Assembly (NCBI GenBank): GCA_031256725.1
Contig: JAIRQE010000021.1
Location: forward strand, 60,001-92,000
Reading direction: 5' to 3'
From: Propionibacteriaceae bacterium
GTDB lineage: Bacteria; Actinomycetota; Actinomycetes; Propionibacteriales; Propionibacteriaceae
Length of the DNA: 32,000 nucleotides
Shown here: positions 21,010 through 30,698 of the stretch, piece after piece
Numbering within the stretch: position 1 is the stretch's first letter
Layout: the number at the start of each line of letters is the position of its first letter
Notes under the pieces: generated by a model
What the model was told of the DNA's origin: nothing
Seen by the model: only the letters and a program-made list of their open reading frames with translations
Database searches by the model: none
Program-made: the position numbers and the translations under genes

Positions 21010-21107
21010 CCTCATGACGAAGCAGCACAACAACTAAGGGTTCACTCATCAATCCAAACCTGGCATTCCTGGTAGAATTGACTTCCGGAACTAGTGAAAG
21101 ACTCCAC

Positions 21108-21626
21108 ATGGTCGGTTTCATTTTGACGGCCGCTATCGGCCTTATTCTCCTTCTCGTTTTTCTGATTTTTGATGGCATCTTGGATGCTGTCCATGTTGAT
21201 TTCGGTGGGTCGGGAATCTTCTCAGGTGCGTCTATTGGCGGGCTGTTGACGGGGATCGGATGCGGCGGAATCATTGGTACCTCCCAGGGTTGGGGATTCC
21301 TCGCCTCCTTCATGCTGGGCGTACTCGTTGGTGTGGCTATCGCCGCCATTGCTGTAGTCCTTTACCGGCTTCTTCGCAAAGCAGAGGAAACCGAAGCGGA
21401 GGTCTCTCTAGATCGTCTAGTCGGAACAACTGGTGTTGTCACTGCTGGGTCTAAGCCCGGCTCTAGGGGCCTCGTGCAGGTGATGTACCTCGGCTCCCCG
21501 CGTACCGTCTCTTTTACGTGCGAAACCCCTTTGGCTACTGGCGATCCTGTGATCGTCACTGAAGTACTCGCTCCCGAAGTTGTCAATGTCATCCCAAGTC
21601 TCCCAACAGGAAGGACCCTTGAATGA
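21108..21626 (+). CDS. NfeD family membrane protein
   Basis: N-terminal TM helices plus a C-terminal OB-like segment (GTTGVVTAGSKPGSRGLVQVMYLGSPRTVSFTCE...GDPVIVTEV). ATGA overlap with the flotillin gene. An alternative TTG start is at 21078. Confidence 0.8.
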   Translation: MVGFILTAAIGLILLLVFLIFDGILDAVHVDFGGSGIFSGASIGGLLTGIGCGGIIGTSQGWGFLASFMLGVLVGVAIAAIAVVLYRLLRKAEETEAEVSLDRLVGTTGVVTAGSKPGSRGLVQVMYLGSPRTVSFTCETPLATGDPVIVTEVLAPEVVNVIPSLPTGRTLE

Positions 21627-23026
21627 GCCCCGAAACTGTCACCATGATTGGTATCGTCATTGCGGTTATCGCAGTGGTGATCATCATATTTGCCATAGCC
21701 AAGCGCTATAAGATCCCGGATGCCAACGAGGCCCTGATCGTCACAGGTGCCAAGGGACGCAATACCGACGGTACGGCAGCACTCAAAGTCGTCATGGGTG
21801 GTGGCTCCTTCATCATCCCCTTCGTGCAGAGGTGCCGCGTACTCTCCCTTGACGCAACCGAGATCGCCATGCAGGTGCCGGAAGGTGTTTCCAAGGACAA
21901 TATCAAAGTTGTTGTGGACGCTGTCGCCCTCGCAAAGATCGATGGAACCCCCGCTGGTGTACGTTCCGCCGCCCAGCGCTTCCTTGGACGTGAGGATCAG
22001 ATTCCTCGCATCATCCAGTCGATCCTCGCTGGTGCTCTGCGTGGTGTGGTCGGCAACATGACCATTGAGGAGATGCTCCGTGACCGCGAAGGTCTGGCCA
22101 CCAAGATCCAAGATGCCGCCGCTTCAGCACTCTCTGATGCAGGCCTTCGTGTCGACACCCTCCAGATCAACGGTATCTCCACAGACCCGGTTGACTACAT
22201 CACGAACCTTGGTCGCCCCCAAGCCGCCCAGGTACGAAAAGCCGCTGAGGTCGCTGAAGCCCAGAACGATCAGGAAGCCGCCCGCGCCAAGGCCGAGGCT
22301 CGAATCCAGATCTCATCCGCCAACAAGGATGCCCAGCTCCGCGAAGCCGAGTTCCTCAAAGAAACCGCCCAGGCGGAAGCCGAGGCCGACGCTGTTGGTC
22401 CCATGACCAAGGCCGCCCAGGATGCGCTCATCACCCAGGCTGAGCAGGCGAACGCCCAGCAGGTGGCCACCCTCACCAAGCTCCAGCTTGATTCAGAGGT
22501 ACGCGCGAAGGCTGATGCAAACCTCTACGCAGCCCAGAAGGCCGCTGATGCTGAGCTTTATACAGCCGAGCAGAGGGCTAAGGCCCAGGCAGTACAGGTC
22601 ACCGCCAAAGGCCAAGCGGATGCCGACATCATCAGAGCCACAGGTGAGGCGGAAGCCCGAACCATCAAAGCCAAGGGTCAGGCCGAAGCCGAGGTCAAGG
22701 AACTCCTCGCTGAGGCCTACGCCAAGTACGGTCAGCAAGCCGTTATTGATCGTGTACTAGCCTCTATGCCGGACATGCTTGCTGCCGCAGCAAAGCCAAT
22801 TGGTGATGTGGACAACATCACGGTTATCGGAGATGCCGGTGCAGCAAACGGGATTACGAAGATCTCCACAGATCTGTTGGTCAAGCTCCCCGCAATCATC
22901 AAGGCTGCAACAGGCCTGGATACCACCGAACTGATGAAGACCTGGTTCTCAGAAGATATGGTGGTCGAGGTGGATGACCCCAAGAAAGTAAAGACACCAA
23001 AAGAGGTTGAAGCACAGGAATCGTGA
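21623..23026 (+). CDS. flotillin / SPFH (band 7) domain protein
   Basis: N-terminal TM followed by KRYKIPDANEALIVTG and an SPFH core, then a long Ala/Glu/Gln-rich coiled-coil region (AEAxA repeats) typical of flotillins. Paired with NfeD. Confidence 0.9.
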   Translation: MSPETVTMIGIVIAVIAVVIIIFAIAKRYKIPDANEALIVTGAKGRNTDGTAALKVVMGGGSFIIPFVQRCRVLSLDATEIAMQVPEGVSKDNIKVVVDAVALAKIDGTPAGVRSAAQRFLGREDQIPRIIQSILAGALRGVVGNMTIEEMLRDREGLATKIQDAAASALSDAGLRVDTLQINGISTDPVDYITNLGRPQAAQVRKAAEVAEAQNDQEAARAKAEARIQISSANKDAQLREAEFLKETAQAEAEADAVGPMTKAAQDALITQAEQANAQQVATLTKLQLDSEVRAKADANLYAAQKAADAELYTAEQRAKAQAVQVTAKGQADADIIRATGEAEARTIKAKGQAEAEVKELLAEAYAKYGQQAVIDRVLASMPDMLAAAAKPIGDVDNITVIGDAGAANGITKISTDLLVKLPAIIKAATGLDTTELMKTWFSEDMVVEVDDPKKVKTPKEVEAQES

Positions 23027-23106
23027 TGAAGGTGCCCGCAACTCCGCCAGTGAAGGCTTCTTGGATTGCGGCGATGGTGCCGGCAAATACCCTTGTCGAT
23101 GGGGAA

Positions 23107-23126
23107 ATAGCTGTACAGGCAGCTAT
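23107..23126. terminator. weak hairpin ATAGCTG-TACAGG-CAGCTAT between convergent genes
   Basis: 7-bp perfect inverted repeat between the flotillin and trmH-like 3' ends. There is no clear U-tract. Confidence 0.25.
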
Positions 23127-23161
23127 AGAATTCTTAACCAGCGTCCAAAAGCCGACCTGCG

Positions 23162-23989
23162 TCAGATGGTTTGATCTCTAGACAGGGAGTACCTTCGCAG
23201 GTACAGCACAGCGCTGACGGATGTAGCGAGGTTGAGACTCGAAACATGGGGTTCCATCGGGAGGGAAACGATCTGGTCACACCAGGAACGTACCTCGTCT
23301 GACAAGCCACTACGTTCGGACCCAAAGGCAAAGATGGTGGGATTGGGGGAATCGCAGGGCTGGAATTGGGGGGCATCAGCATCAAGCCCTACAAGCGTGA
23401 AGGGTCGGACCTCATGGCCTATCTCTGGGGTATCAAAGTGTGACAAAGAAGAACCGTCCCCAGTGTCACAATGACCTGTCCCTGTGCCACGGAAACGTGA
23501 CAAAAACGAACCGGCTCCACTCCAGCAGGGGATGGCCCATTGGAGTCCGGCACCACCTCGTACCGCCATCGGGTTGAAGAAATCCGCAGGTCCATGGGCG
23601 AGTACACCGGCCGCTCCTACGGCTGCCCCCACGCGTACCACTGCCCCCAGGTTCTTAGAATTTCTGGGATCATCAAGGAGGATTGTTGGTTTCTCCGCAG
23701 TGGGCATACACTGCTCAAGGGTGTAAGTCGGTCGCTCAGCATAGGCGAGTACATGGGTAGGAATCGGCTGGGTGGCCCGCTCTCGAAAGTGCGAGGTCGA
23801 AATGACCTGGGCCCGCTCCACAAGTGGCCGAAGATCATCCGAGATTCCATCGGCCAGCTCAAGAGCCTTATCCAAATCATCAGTCAGGATCTCAGTGATC
23901 CGTGCCCCAAAACGCGAAGCATGCTTGAGCGCATGGAGCCCCTCCAGAATCACAGTACCCATATGCCCAGAGTATCCGAGAAGTACCAC
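23162..23989 (-). CDS. TrmH/SpoU family RNA 2'-O-methyltransferase
   Basis: SpoU motifs NLGAVVRVGAA, FGSERSGLS and LPM...SLNLATSVSAVLY. Confidence 0.85.
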   Translation of the reverse strand: MVLLGYSGHMGTVILEGLHALKHASRFGARITEILTDDLDKALELADGISDDLRPLVERAQVISTSHFRERATQPIPTHVLAYAERPTYTLEQCMPTAEKPTILLDDPRNSKNLGAVVRVGAAVGAAGVLAHGPADFFNPMAVRGGAGLQWAIPCWSGAGSFLSRFRGTGTGHCDTGDGSSLSHFDTPEIGHEVRPFTLVGLDADAPQFQPCDSPNPTIFAFGSERSGLSDEVRSWCDQIVSLPMEPHVSSLNLATSVSAVLYLRRYSLSRDQTI

Positions 23990-24008
23990 CCCTCACGAGT
24001 AAAGCACG

Positions 24009-24104
24009 AAACTGGACCAATCTGAGGTATATAGGGGTCTCTTCTATGAATGGTCCAGTTGTGCAGGGTCCTGAACAAGAATTTGCCACCAAACTGGACC
24101 AATC
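24009..24104. repeat. three copies of the AACTGGACCA motif (two direct 14-mers AAACTGGACCAATC plus one inverted)
   Basis: Exact 14-mers at 24009-24022 and 24091-24104, plus an inverted TGGTCCAGTT at 24051-24060. All lie immediately upstream of the trmH-like start. Confidence 0.7.
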
Positions 24105-24204
24105 GCGGAAACAAAGGCTGAAAAAGGGACCCTCCCCATTCATCAACCATAAGTACGAGTCAGATGTAACTTCGCGCAGAATGACGGTTGAGTATTAACG
24201 TACC

Positions 24205-25191
24205 TTAGGAGCGTACCTCAGGAGGAAGAGCAAAGGTCAAAGTCTCCTCGATACAAAGAGTTTCACTGACATCGTCGAAACCCAGTTCCTGAAGACGGGT
24301 GACTACTTCTCGTACCAAATGGTCGGGGACAGAAGCACCTGAGGTGACGCCGATTGTACGAGCCTCAGCAAGCCAATCCGGGTCAATCTCGCCCACATCA
24401 TCAATGAGATAGGCTGCCCCAGCGCCAGCATCCAGGGCGACTTCGACTAGGCGTACTGAGTTGGAGGAGTTTCGGGAACCGACAACCAGGACGCAGTCGC
24501 ATTCGGGCGCCACCTGACGCACTGCAGACTGCCGATTCTGGGTGGCATAGCAGATATCATCAGTGGGGGGATCGGTGAGTTCGGGGAACCGGGCTCGCAA
24601 GCGTTCGACGGTTTCACGGGTTTCATCAACGCTCAAGGTGGTCTGGGAGAGCCAGGCAAGACGAGTGGGATCCTCGACCTCAACGGTGTCAGCATCCTCG
24701 ACGTGTTCGACGAGTCGGATCACATCAGGGGCTTCACCTTGGGTACCTTCAACCTCTTCGTGGCCAGCGTGACCGATGAGTAGTATTTCCAAACCGGAGT
24801 CGGCTAGACGCTGGGCTTCTTTGTGTACCTTTGTGACGAGGGGACAGGTAGCATCGATGGTTATGAGGTTTCTTTCGGCAGAGGCGGTACGTACAGCAGG
24901 GGAGACCCCATGCGCAGAGTAGACGACAACTGAGCCGGGTGGTACCTCATCTACTTCATTGACGAAGATGGCACCCTGGTCCCGGAGGGCCGAAACCACG
25001 TGTTTATTGTGGACGATCTCCTTGCGTACATAGACCCCAGGGCCGTGGATCTCCAGGGCCTTCTCGACGGTGGCGATGGCGCGATCCACCCCGGCGCAGT
25101 AGCCGCGTGGCGAAACCAGTATGACCCGGCGCGTACCCTGGGATGGGGTTGGGCCTCCTGGTAAAGTGGCGGAAGCGATCATGGGGTTCAT
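24205..25191 (-). CDS. ispH: 4-hydroxy-3-methylbut-2-enyl diphosphate reductase
   Basis: [25 protein letters not shown]...EIVHNKHVV and the following conserved blocks. The longest ORF (to 25275) would abut the divergent DJ-1 start, so I prefer the ATG at 25191. Confidence 0.9.
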   Translation of the reverse strand: MNPMIASATLPGGPTPSQGTRRVILVSPRGYCAGVDRAIATVEKALEIHGPGVYVRKEIVHNKHVVSALRDQGAIFVNEVDEVPPGSVVVYSAHGVSPAVRTASAERNLITIDATCPLVTKVHKEAQRLADSGLEILLIGHAGHEEVEGTQGEAPDVIRLVEHVEDADTVEVEDPTRLAWLSQTTLSVDETRETVERLRARFPELTDPPTDDICYATQNRQSAVRQVAPECDCVLVVGSRNSSNSVRLVEVALDAGAGAAYLIDDVGEIDPDWLAEARTIGVTSGASVPDHLVREVVTRLQELGFDDVSETLCIEETLTFALPPEVRS

Positions 25192-25273
25192 ATGAATAAG
25201 TGTACCCTTTGCAGTAAGGGGGGTTACTTGGGGGCTTGGTGTACCGTCTTTTGAGCCACTAGGAGTTGTAAGC

Positions 25274-25852
25274 ATGACGATGACTATTGGGTTGCTGGCC
25301 TTCCCGCAGATGGAGATGCTGGACTACATGTACCCCTATCAGGTCTTTACCACTGCTGCACAGATTACAGAAACCCAGTCTGACAAGGAAATTCTTTTAG
25401 TTACGATAGCTGAGACTTCCGATTGTTTTGAGGTACGCGATGGAGTTCCCCTGCAGCCGCAGGCAACCATTGATGACCATCTGGAGTTGTCTTGCTTAAT
25501 CATTCCGGGCGGGAAAGCCGGTGTTGATCTGGCTATAGAGGGTGGCCGGATTGCGCCATGGCTTGAAGCCCAAGCAATGTGTACAGCGATTCTTGCGAGT
25601 CTTTCGACGGGTACCTTTCTCCTAGCTCAGACGGGTCTTTTGAATGGGTTGGAAGCCACCACTTCTGGGGAGCACATTGAGGAGTTGCGTAGACGATTCC
25701 CAGCCATTGATGTTGTGGACCGTGACTGGGTGGAGTCTGGGCGTTTCTTGACGGCTAGCTGTAGTAGTACCGGTGTGGATATGGCGCTTCATGTGGTGAA
25801 GAGGATTCTGTCTCCCGAGATTGCTCAGGCAACAGCTGAGCGGATGAAATAA
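25274..25852 (+). CDS. DJ-1/PfpI (GATase1-like) family protein
   Basis: [23 protein letters not shown] start and IIPGG motif. The nucleophile-elbow region reads [23 protein letters not shown] lies 8 nt upstream of the ATG. Confidence 0.75.
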   Translation: MTMTIGLLAFPQMEMLDYMYPYQVFTTAAQITETQSDKEILLVTIAETSDCFEVRDGVPLQPQATIDDHLELSCLIIPGGKAGVDLAIEGGRIAPWLEAQAMCTAILASLSTGTFLLAQTGLLNGLEATTSGEHIEELRRRFPAIDVVDRDWVESGRFLTASCSSTGVDMALHVVKRILSPEIAQATAERMK

Positions 25853-25903
25853 CAGGATAGTTCCCAAGTACCTTCGAGAGGCAGCCTTGCTGGTCCAAGT
25901 TAT

Positions 25904-25920
25904 CTGACATTTCGTGTCAG
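25904..25920. terminator. hairpin CTGACA-TTTCG-TGTCAG between convergent genes
   Basis: 6-7 bp inverted repeat in the 80-bp convergent spacer. Confidence 0.3.
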
Positions 25921-25932
25921 GATGGGACTCCC

Positions 25933-26205
25933 CTATCCTCCGGTGATGGAGGTCCAAGCGTAGTCGATCAGTGATAGTAGTGCTGCACCGACCCAGGGGA
26001 ATGCGGTACATACGAGCCCAACGATCACAACAACAAGGATCACGCGTACCCATGTTTTGATGAATGACTTGACGATTCCAAGAACCAAGAGGATCAAGAG
26101 TGCGACCGCAGAGATAATCAGGATGGTATGCCATTGCGCGGGCATGGACTCCCACATTGATGTCGCCTTATCCATCCAATCCTGGAAATTGTCCGCAAAT
26201 TTCAT
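25933..26205 (-). CDS. small membrane protein (about 90 aa, 2 TM), unknown family
   Basis: AAGGA lies 5 nt upstream of the ATG at 26205 (MKFADNF...). The longest ORF extends to 26241. Two long hydrophobic helices. Confidence 0.55.
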   Translation of the reverse strand: MKFADNFQDWMDKATSMWESMPAQWHTILIISAVALLILLVLGIVKSFIKTWVRVILVVVIVGLVCTAFPWVGAALLSLIDYAWTSITGG

Positions 26206-26347
26206 GATCATCCTTGTCTCGATAGTTGCTGTAAGAACCATTCTACTCTGAGAACTTTCACGGATGGATAAGCATCAGAATGGCTAACGCCAAGGTGAGC
26301 ACTTCAAAGGCTTGTTCGTGGGATCTGCCACTGAATCCCCATACGCA

Positions 26348-26375
26348 GATGTGCCCCGGTTTCCCAGGGCACATC
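26348..26375 (-). terminator. hairpin GATGTGCCC-N10-GGGCACATC downstream of glpK
   Basis: 9-bp perfect GC-rich stem about 53 nt after the glpK stop. There is no U-tract, which is common in actinobacteria. Confidence 0.45.
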
Positions 26376-26427
26376 ATTAGTTCGGATACTTACATGTGTA
26401 CTAGCCGCACTAGTAACAGGACAGTTA

Positions 26428-27942
26428 TCACTCCTTGACGTCGTCATCTACCCACTCGAAGGTCTTAGTGACGGCCTTCTTCCAGTTGCGGTACAGTCGG
26501 TCGCGCTCGGAGGAATCCATTGCGGGCAGCCAGCGCTTGTCTTCTGCCCAGTTAGCGATAACGTCTTGCTCGCCATTCCAGAATCCGACGGCGATGCCAG
26601 CTGCATAGGCTGCACCCAAAGCGGTTGTTTCTGCAACCACAGGGCGTACCACAGGGACACCAACCATGTCAGCCTGGAACTGCATAAGGGTGTTATTGGC
26701 GGTCATACCACCATCAACCTTCAGTTCAGCGAGCTTAGCACCCGAGTCGGCTTCCATAGCATCCAGTACCTCGCGGGTCTGGAAAGCGGTTGCTTCAAGG
26801 GCTGCACGAGCAATATGCCCGCGATTAACGTACCTGGTCAAACCGACGATTGCGCCACGGGCGTCACCACGCCAATAGGGAGCAAACAACCCGGAGAATG
26901 CGGGTACGAAATAAGCCCCACCATTGTCCCCAACAGACAGAGCCAGTTTCTCAACCTCGGGGGAGGAATCGAACATGTTGAGGTTGTCGCGCAGCCACTG
27001 TACGAGCGAACCAGTGACAGCAATGGAACCCTCAAGGGCGTAGACAGGCTTCGAGTCACCGATCTGATAGCATAGGGTGGTGAGGAGGCCATTCTTGGAG
27101 AAGACCGGCTCTTCGCCTGTGTTCATCAGCATGAAGCAACCCGTACCATAGGTGTTCTTCGCCTTGCCGACCTCGAAGCAGGCCTGGCCAAAGGTTGCAG
27201 CCTGCTGGTCACCCAAGTCACCCGAGACGGGAAGACCGGCGACAACTGGCTCCTTCGCAGTGCCATAGACCATGGATGAGGGCTTGATTTCGGGAAGCAT
27301 GGACATCGGGATCGTCATGTCGGCTGCGATGTCGGTTGCCCAGGAGAGAGTACGGGCATCCATGAGCATCGTACGTGAGGCGTTCGTCACATCGGTGATG
27401 TGGAGTCCGCCATCGACGCCGCCGGTGAGGTTCCAGATGAGCCATGTGTCGATGTTGCCCATGAGGAGTTTTCCAGCCTCTGCTGCGGCGCGGGCGCCAT
27501 CAACATTATCCAGAATCCACTTCACCTTTGGGCCTGAGAAGTACGTAGCCAGTGGGAGACCCACGCGGGAAGCGTACTTATTCTGATCGCCGCCGCCGAG
27601 TTCGTCGACGATAGCTTGGGTACGGGTGTCCTGCCACACGATTGCGTTATAGACCGGTTGACCCGTGGTCTTGTCCCAGACGACTGTTGTCTCACGCTGG
27701 TTGGTGATACCGATTGCTGCGATGTCATCCTTGGTGACCTTGGCAGCGTTCAATGCACCTGTGATGACCTGTACGGTACGGGTCCAGATTTCGATCGGAT
27801 CATGCTCAACCCAACCGGCGCGGGGGAAGATCTGCTCGTGTTCGAGCTGATGGCTTCCCTCAATACGCCCGGCGTGATTGAAGACGATTGCGCGTGAGCT
27901 GGTCGTGCCGGAGTCGATAGCTAGGATGTACTTTTCTGACAT
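26428..27942 (-). CDS. glpK: glycerol kinase
   Basis: [17 protein letters not shown]...[12 protein letters not shown]-terminus, 504 aa, downstream of glpF. Confidence 0.95.
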   Translation of the reverse strand: MSEKYILAIDSGTTSSRAIVFNHAGRIEGSHQLEHEQIFPRAGWVEHDPIEIWTRTVQVITGALNAAKVTKDDIAAIGITNQRETTVVWDKTTGQPVYNAIVWQDTRTQAIVDELGGGDQNKYASRVGLPLATYFSGPKVKWILDNVDGARAAAEAGKLLMGNIDTWLIWNLTGGVDGGLHITDVTNASRTMLMDARTLSWATDIAADMTIPMSMLPEIKPSSMVYGTAKEPVVAGLPVSGDLGDQQAATFGQACFEVGKAKNTYGTGCFMLMNTGEEPVFSKNGLLTTLCYQIGDSKPVYALEGSIAVTGSLVQWLRDNLNMFDSSPEVEKLALSVGDNGGAYFVPAFSGLFAPYWRGDARGAIVGLTRYVNRGHIARAALEATAFQTREVLDAMEADSGAKLAELKVDGGMTANNTLMQFQADMVGVPVVRPVVAETTALGAAYAAGIAVGFWNGEQDVIANWAEDKRWLPAMDSSERDRLYRNWKKAVTKTFEWVDDDVKE

Positions 27943-28045
27943 TATTCCTCCACATCTATGGATTGATGATTGCTATTTGTTTGATTGCTGTATTCTCAGT
28001 GCTAGGGCCGCCGTGGCATCTAGTACTGATGTGCTTGCTTCGGGT

Positions 28046-28122
28046 GGTTCAAGACTGGTGGGATCATCCCTTCTTGAACCTTTGGTGGATGAATGCCGGG
28101 AATCTTAAGTGTGATTCCCGGC
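28046..28122 (-). promoter_or_regulatory. two strong inverted repeats in the glpF-glpK spacer
   Basis: GGTTCAAGA...TCTTGAACC (28046-28080; 9 bp, with a nested GGGAT-C-ATCCC) and GCCGGGAATC-N8-GATTCCCGGC (28095-28122; 10 bp). Confidence 0.5.
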
Positions 28123-28149
28123 ACACATAAATCCTTACAGGATCAGGGA

Positions 28150-28908
28150 TCAGTAAACTGCTGCGACGCCAAGATAGGCGACTGCGGCAATGATGCCACC
28201 GAGGATTGGGCCAACAACGGGTACCCATGCATAACCCCAGTCAGAGCTACCCTTGTTCTTGGTAGGCATGACTGCGTGCCATAGACGAGGTCCGAGGTCA
28301 CGAGCTGGGTTGATAGCGTATCCGGTAGGTCCACCGAGCGAAGCACCGATAGCGACAACCAGGAATGCAACACCGAGAGCGTTCAGCCAGCCGAGGTCGC
28401 CAGAGTTGCCCTGGTAACCGCTGATCAAAACAACGAAGACCAACACGAAGGTGGCGATGATCTCAGTGACGAGGTTCCAACCATAGGAACGTGAAGCAGG
28501 TCCAGTCGAGAAGACACCAAGCTTGGCACCCTCGGGCTGTTCAATGTCGAACTGCTTCTTATAGGCCAGCCATGCGAGTGCTGCACCAACGAAAGCACCG
28601 AGCATCTGTGCTGCGATATAGATAACAATATCCATTGCGGACAGCGCAGCAGCAGTACCTGCATTAGCGATAGCAATACCAACAGTAACGGCTGGGTTCA
28701 AGTGGCCGCCGGAATGGAAGGCAACCAACACGCCGGAGAAGACCGCGAGGCCCCATCCGAAGTTGATAAGCAACCATCCGCCGTCTTTGCCCTTGCTCTT
28801 GTTGAACGATACATTCATGCACACACCAGCACCAAGGAGGAGCAGCATTGCGGTGCCCATAAACTCTGCTAGGAAGATCTGCATAGAGGTCTCACTTTCT
28901 GACATCAT
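28150..28908 (-). CDS. glpF: glycerol uptake facilitator (MIP/aquaporin family)
   Basis: Two NPA boxes (HLNPAVT and INPARD) and six hydrophobic helices. The start is ambiguous among TTG 28911, ATG 28908 and ATG 28905. Confidence 0.92.
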   Translation of the reverse strand: MMSESETSMQIFLAEFMGTAMLLLLGAGVCMNVSFNKSKGKDGGWLLINFGWGLAVFSGVLVAFHSGGHLNPAVTVGIAIANAGTAAALSAMDIVIYIAAQMLGAFVGAALAWLAYKKQFDIEQPEGAKLGVFSTGPASRSYGWNLVTEIIATFVLVFVVLISGYQGNSGDLGWLNALGVAFLVVAIGASLGGPTGYAINPARDLGPRLWHAVMPTKNKGSSDWGYAWVPVVGPILGGIIAAVAYLGVAAVY

Positions 28909-28985
28909 CAATGATGCCTAGTAGTCGATGGACCCAATCTTGCCGAAGTTTGGGCGTTTGATCCAGACCGTGGGAGAATGTGCAA

Positions 28986-30002
28986 ATGGAAGGCAAAATC
29001 ATGCACGAGCGGTACGAGGATATGCATGAAGCTTGCGTGCGTTATTACGTACAAGACGAGACCATGGAATCGATCGCTCGACACCTGAAACTCTCTCGCT
29101 CCTCAGTCTCCCGTCTTCTTGCTGAAGCCAGAAGTACGGGGATGGTGCGAATCACAGTGGAGGCTCCGGGGGGGTCGTCTTCACCTGTTGCTCGTAGTGT
29201 TTCAGCTATTTTCGGTGTACGTGTACATCTCGCCCAAGTGGGTGAAGCTGCATCTATTGCTAGTCGTTTTGAGCGAGTATCCCGTCTCGCAGCCGCCACC
29301 CTTCGTAACAGTGTCAAAGATGGTGACTTCATTGGAGTCGCCTGGGGGGTTACTCTTTCGAATATCGTTCCCTATCTGGAGCAGCGTCCCCTTCATGATG
29401 CCACAATCGTGCAGATGAATGGTGGTACTAATTTCCATGACACGTCGGCTCGCCATGTTGCGGCCATCCTTCAGGCTCTATCTCAGACCTTCGATGCCCG
29501 AATCGTACAATTCCCTGTCCCAGCGTTCTTCGATTATCCCGAAACGAAGAGAGCAATGTGGCGGGAGAGATCGGTACAAATGGTACGAAATCTTCATTCA
29601 AAGATTGATGTGGCCATCTTTGGGGTTGGTGGAATCGGAGCCCGGGTGCCGTCATATGTCTATTCGGCGGGATTCCTTGACGAGGATGATGCTGAGAAGA
29701 TGCACAATGACGGAGTCGTTGGAGACGTGTGTACTGTCCTACTTCGCGAAGATGGAAGCTATCACAACATCGCCCTCAATGAACGAGCATCAGGTCTGAC
29801 CCCACATGAACTGCATCGGATACCTAAGCGGATCGGTGTCGTGGCGGACCCCTCTAGGGCGAATGCTCTCTTGGGGGCGTTGAGGGCACGAACCATTACA
29901 GACCTGGTTTGTGATGATACAACTGCTAGGGATCTACTGGATCTGGTTGATCCTGAGGATCGCAAGGCTGCACGAGCGGCGATGGCCAAGGATCACAGTT
30001 AG
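28986..30002 (+). CDS. SorC/DeoR-type sugar-binding transcriptional regulator (likely glp regulator)
   Basis: N-terminal HTH (ACVRYYVQDETMESIARHLKLSRSSVSRLLAEARSTGMVRI) plus a sugar-binding domain. Divergent from glpFK. GGGAGA lies 8 nt upstream of the ATG at 28986. Confidence 0.85.
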   Translation: MEGKIMHERYEDMHEACVRYYVQDETMESIARHLKLSRSSVSRLLAEARSTGMVRITVEAPGGSSSPVARSVSAIFGVRVHLAQVGEAASIASRFERVSRLAAATLRNSVKDGDFIGVAWGVTLSNIVPYLEQRPLHDATIVQMNGGTNFHDTSARHVAAILQALSQTFDARIVQFPVPAFFDYPETKRAMWRERSVQMVRNLHSKIDVAIFGVGGIGARVPSYVYSAGFLDEDDAEKMHNDGVVGDVCTVLLREDGSYHNIALNERASGLTPHELHRIPKRIGVVADPSRANALLGALRARTITDLVCDDTTARDLLDLVDPEDRKAARAAMAKDHS

Positions 30003-30649
30003 GGATCCAGGAAGTCTGCACAGAAGTCGGAGATGAGCTGAGCAAGTTCTGCCGGGTGGGTCTTCAAAAGATTGGGGTCCGTACCAGGCAGGAGACGTTT
30101 GGTCGCTTTGGCCTGCGCAATGAGATGCTCAGCGCTGGCACGACCCATGGGATCACCATCGGCTGCGATCGTGAGCGTTGGGGTTGCGAGCCCAGACAGA
30201 TCGACTCCCATATCTGATTCGGCTAGGGCCCCAAGGGCCGCAACGACATGCTCTTTCGAGATCTGTTTGAAGAGCATCGATGGGGTGAGTCGTGCCATCC
30301 ATAGTTGGCGGGATAGGGTGGCTTGGGCTGGGATCATCGGCGTCGAGATGAGGACGGTGTGCCTGATTTTCTGTGGATATTTCATTGCGGTACGAAGGGC
30401 GACAAGTCCACCAAGTGAGAACCCTACGAGATCTGCTTGGTCGACACCACGTACTTCCATGACATCAAGGATCGCTTCCACAGCCGAATCCATGTTGAAC
30501 CCGTCATGCTCAGTGGGTTTCAACCCTTTGAGCCAGGGTGCCACCATCTGCTGATCCGGGTTGATGGCTCCGACCACATCCTGCCATACAGGAGGGGATT
30601 GCCCAGGTCCATGAAGAAAGATCAGCAAAGGAGTGTCCATGGGTACCAT
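29999..30649 (-). CDS. alpha/beta hydrolase fold protein
   Basis: LLIFLHGPGQS and the nucleophile elbow GFSLGG. The longest ORF (to 30817) would overlap the divergent aminotransferase gene, so I prefer the ATG at 30649 or 30640. Confidence 0.75.
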   Translation of the reverse strand: MVPMDTPLLIFLHGPGQSPPVWQDVVGAINPDQQMVAPWLKGLKPTEHDGFNMDSAVEAILDVMEVRGVDQADLVGFSLGGLVALRTAMKYPQKIRHTVLISTPMIPAQATLSRQLWMARLTPSMLFKQISKEHVVAALGALAESDMGVDLSGLATPTLTIAADGDPMGRASAEHLIAQAKATKRLLPGTDPNLLKTHPAELAQLISDFCADFLDP

Positions 30650-30698
30650 CTTCTCACGTAGAGGGGAAATACCCAGTTTTAGTCTCGGTGGTGGGGTT

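Noticed and set aside
20879-22111. ORFs 20879..21349(-) 156 aa and 21362..22111(-) 249 aa.
   Set aside because: They are antisense to the well-supported nfeD and flotillin genes. Their products are Pro/Thr/Gly-rich with no motif.
25192-25275. N-terminal 28 codons of the longest ispH ORF, which start back to back (CATG) with the DJ-1 gene.
   Set aside because: They would leave no promoter space for either divergent gene. The internal ATG at 25191 still precedes the conserved [15 protein letters not shown] core with a typical actinobacterial extension.
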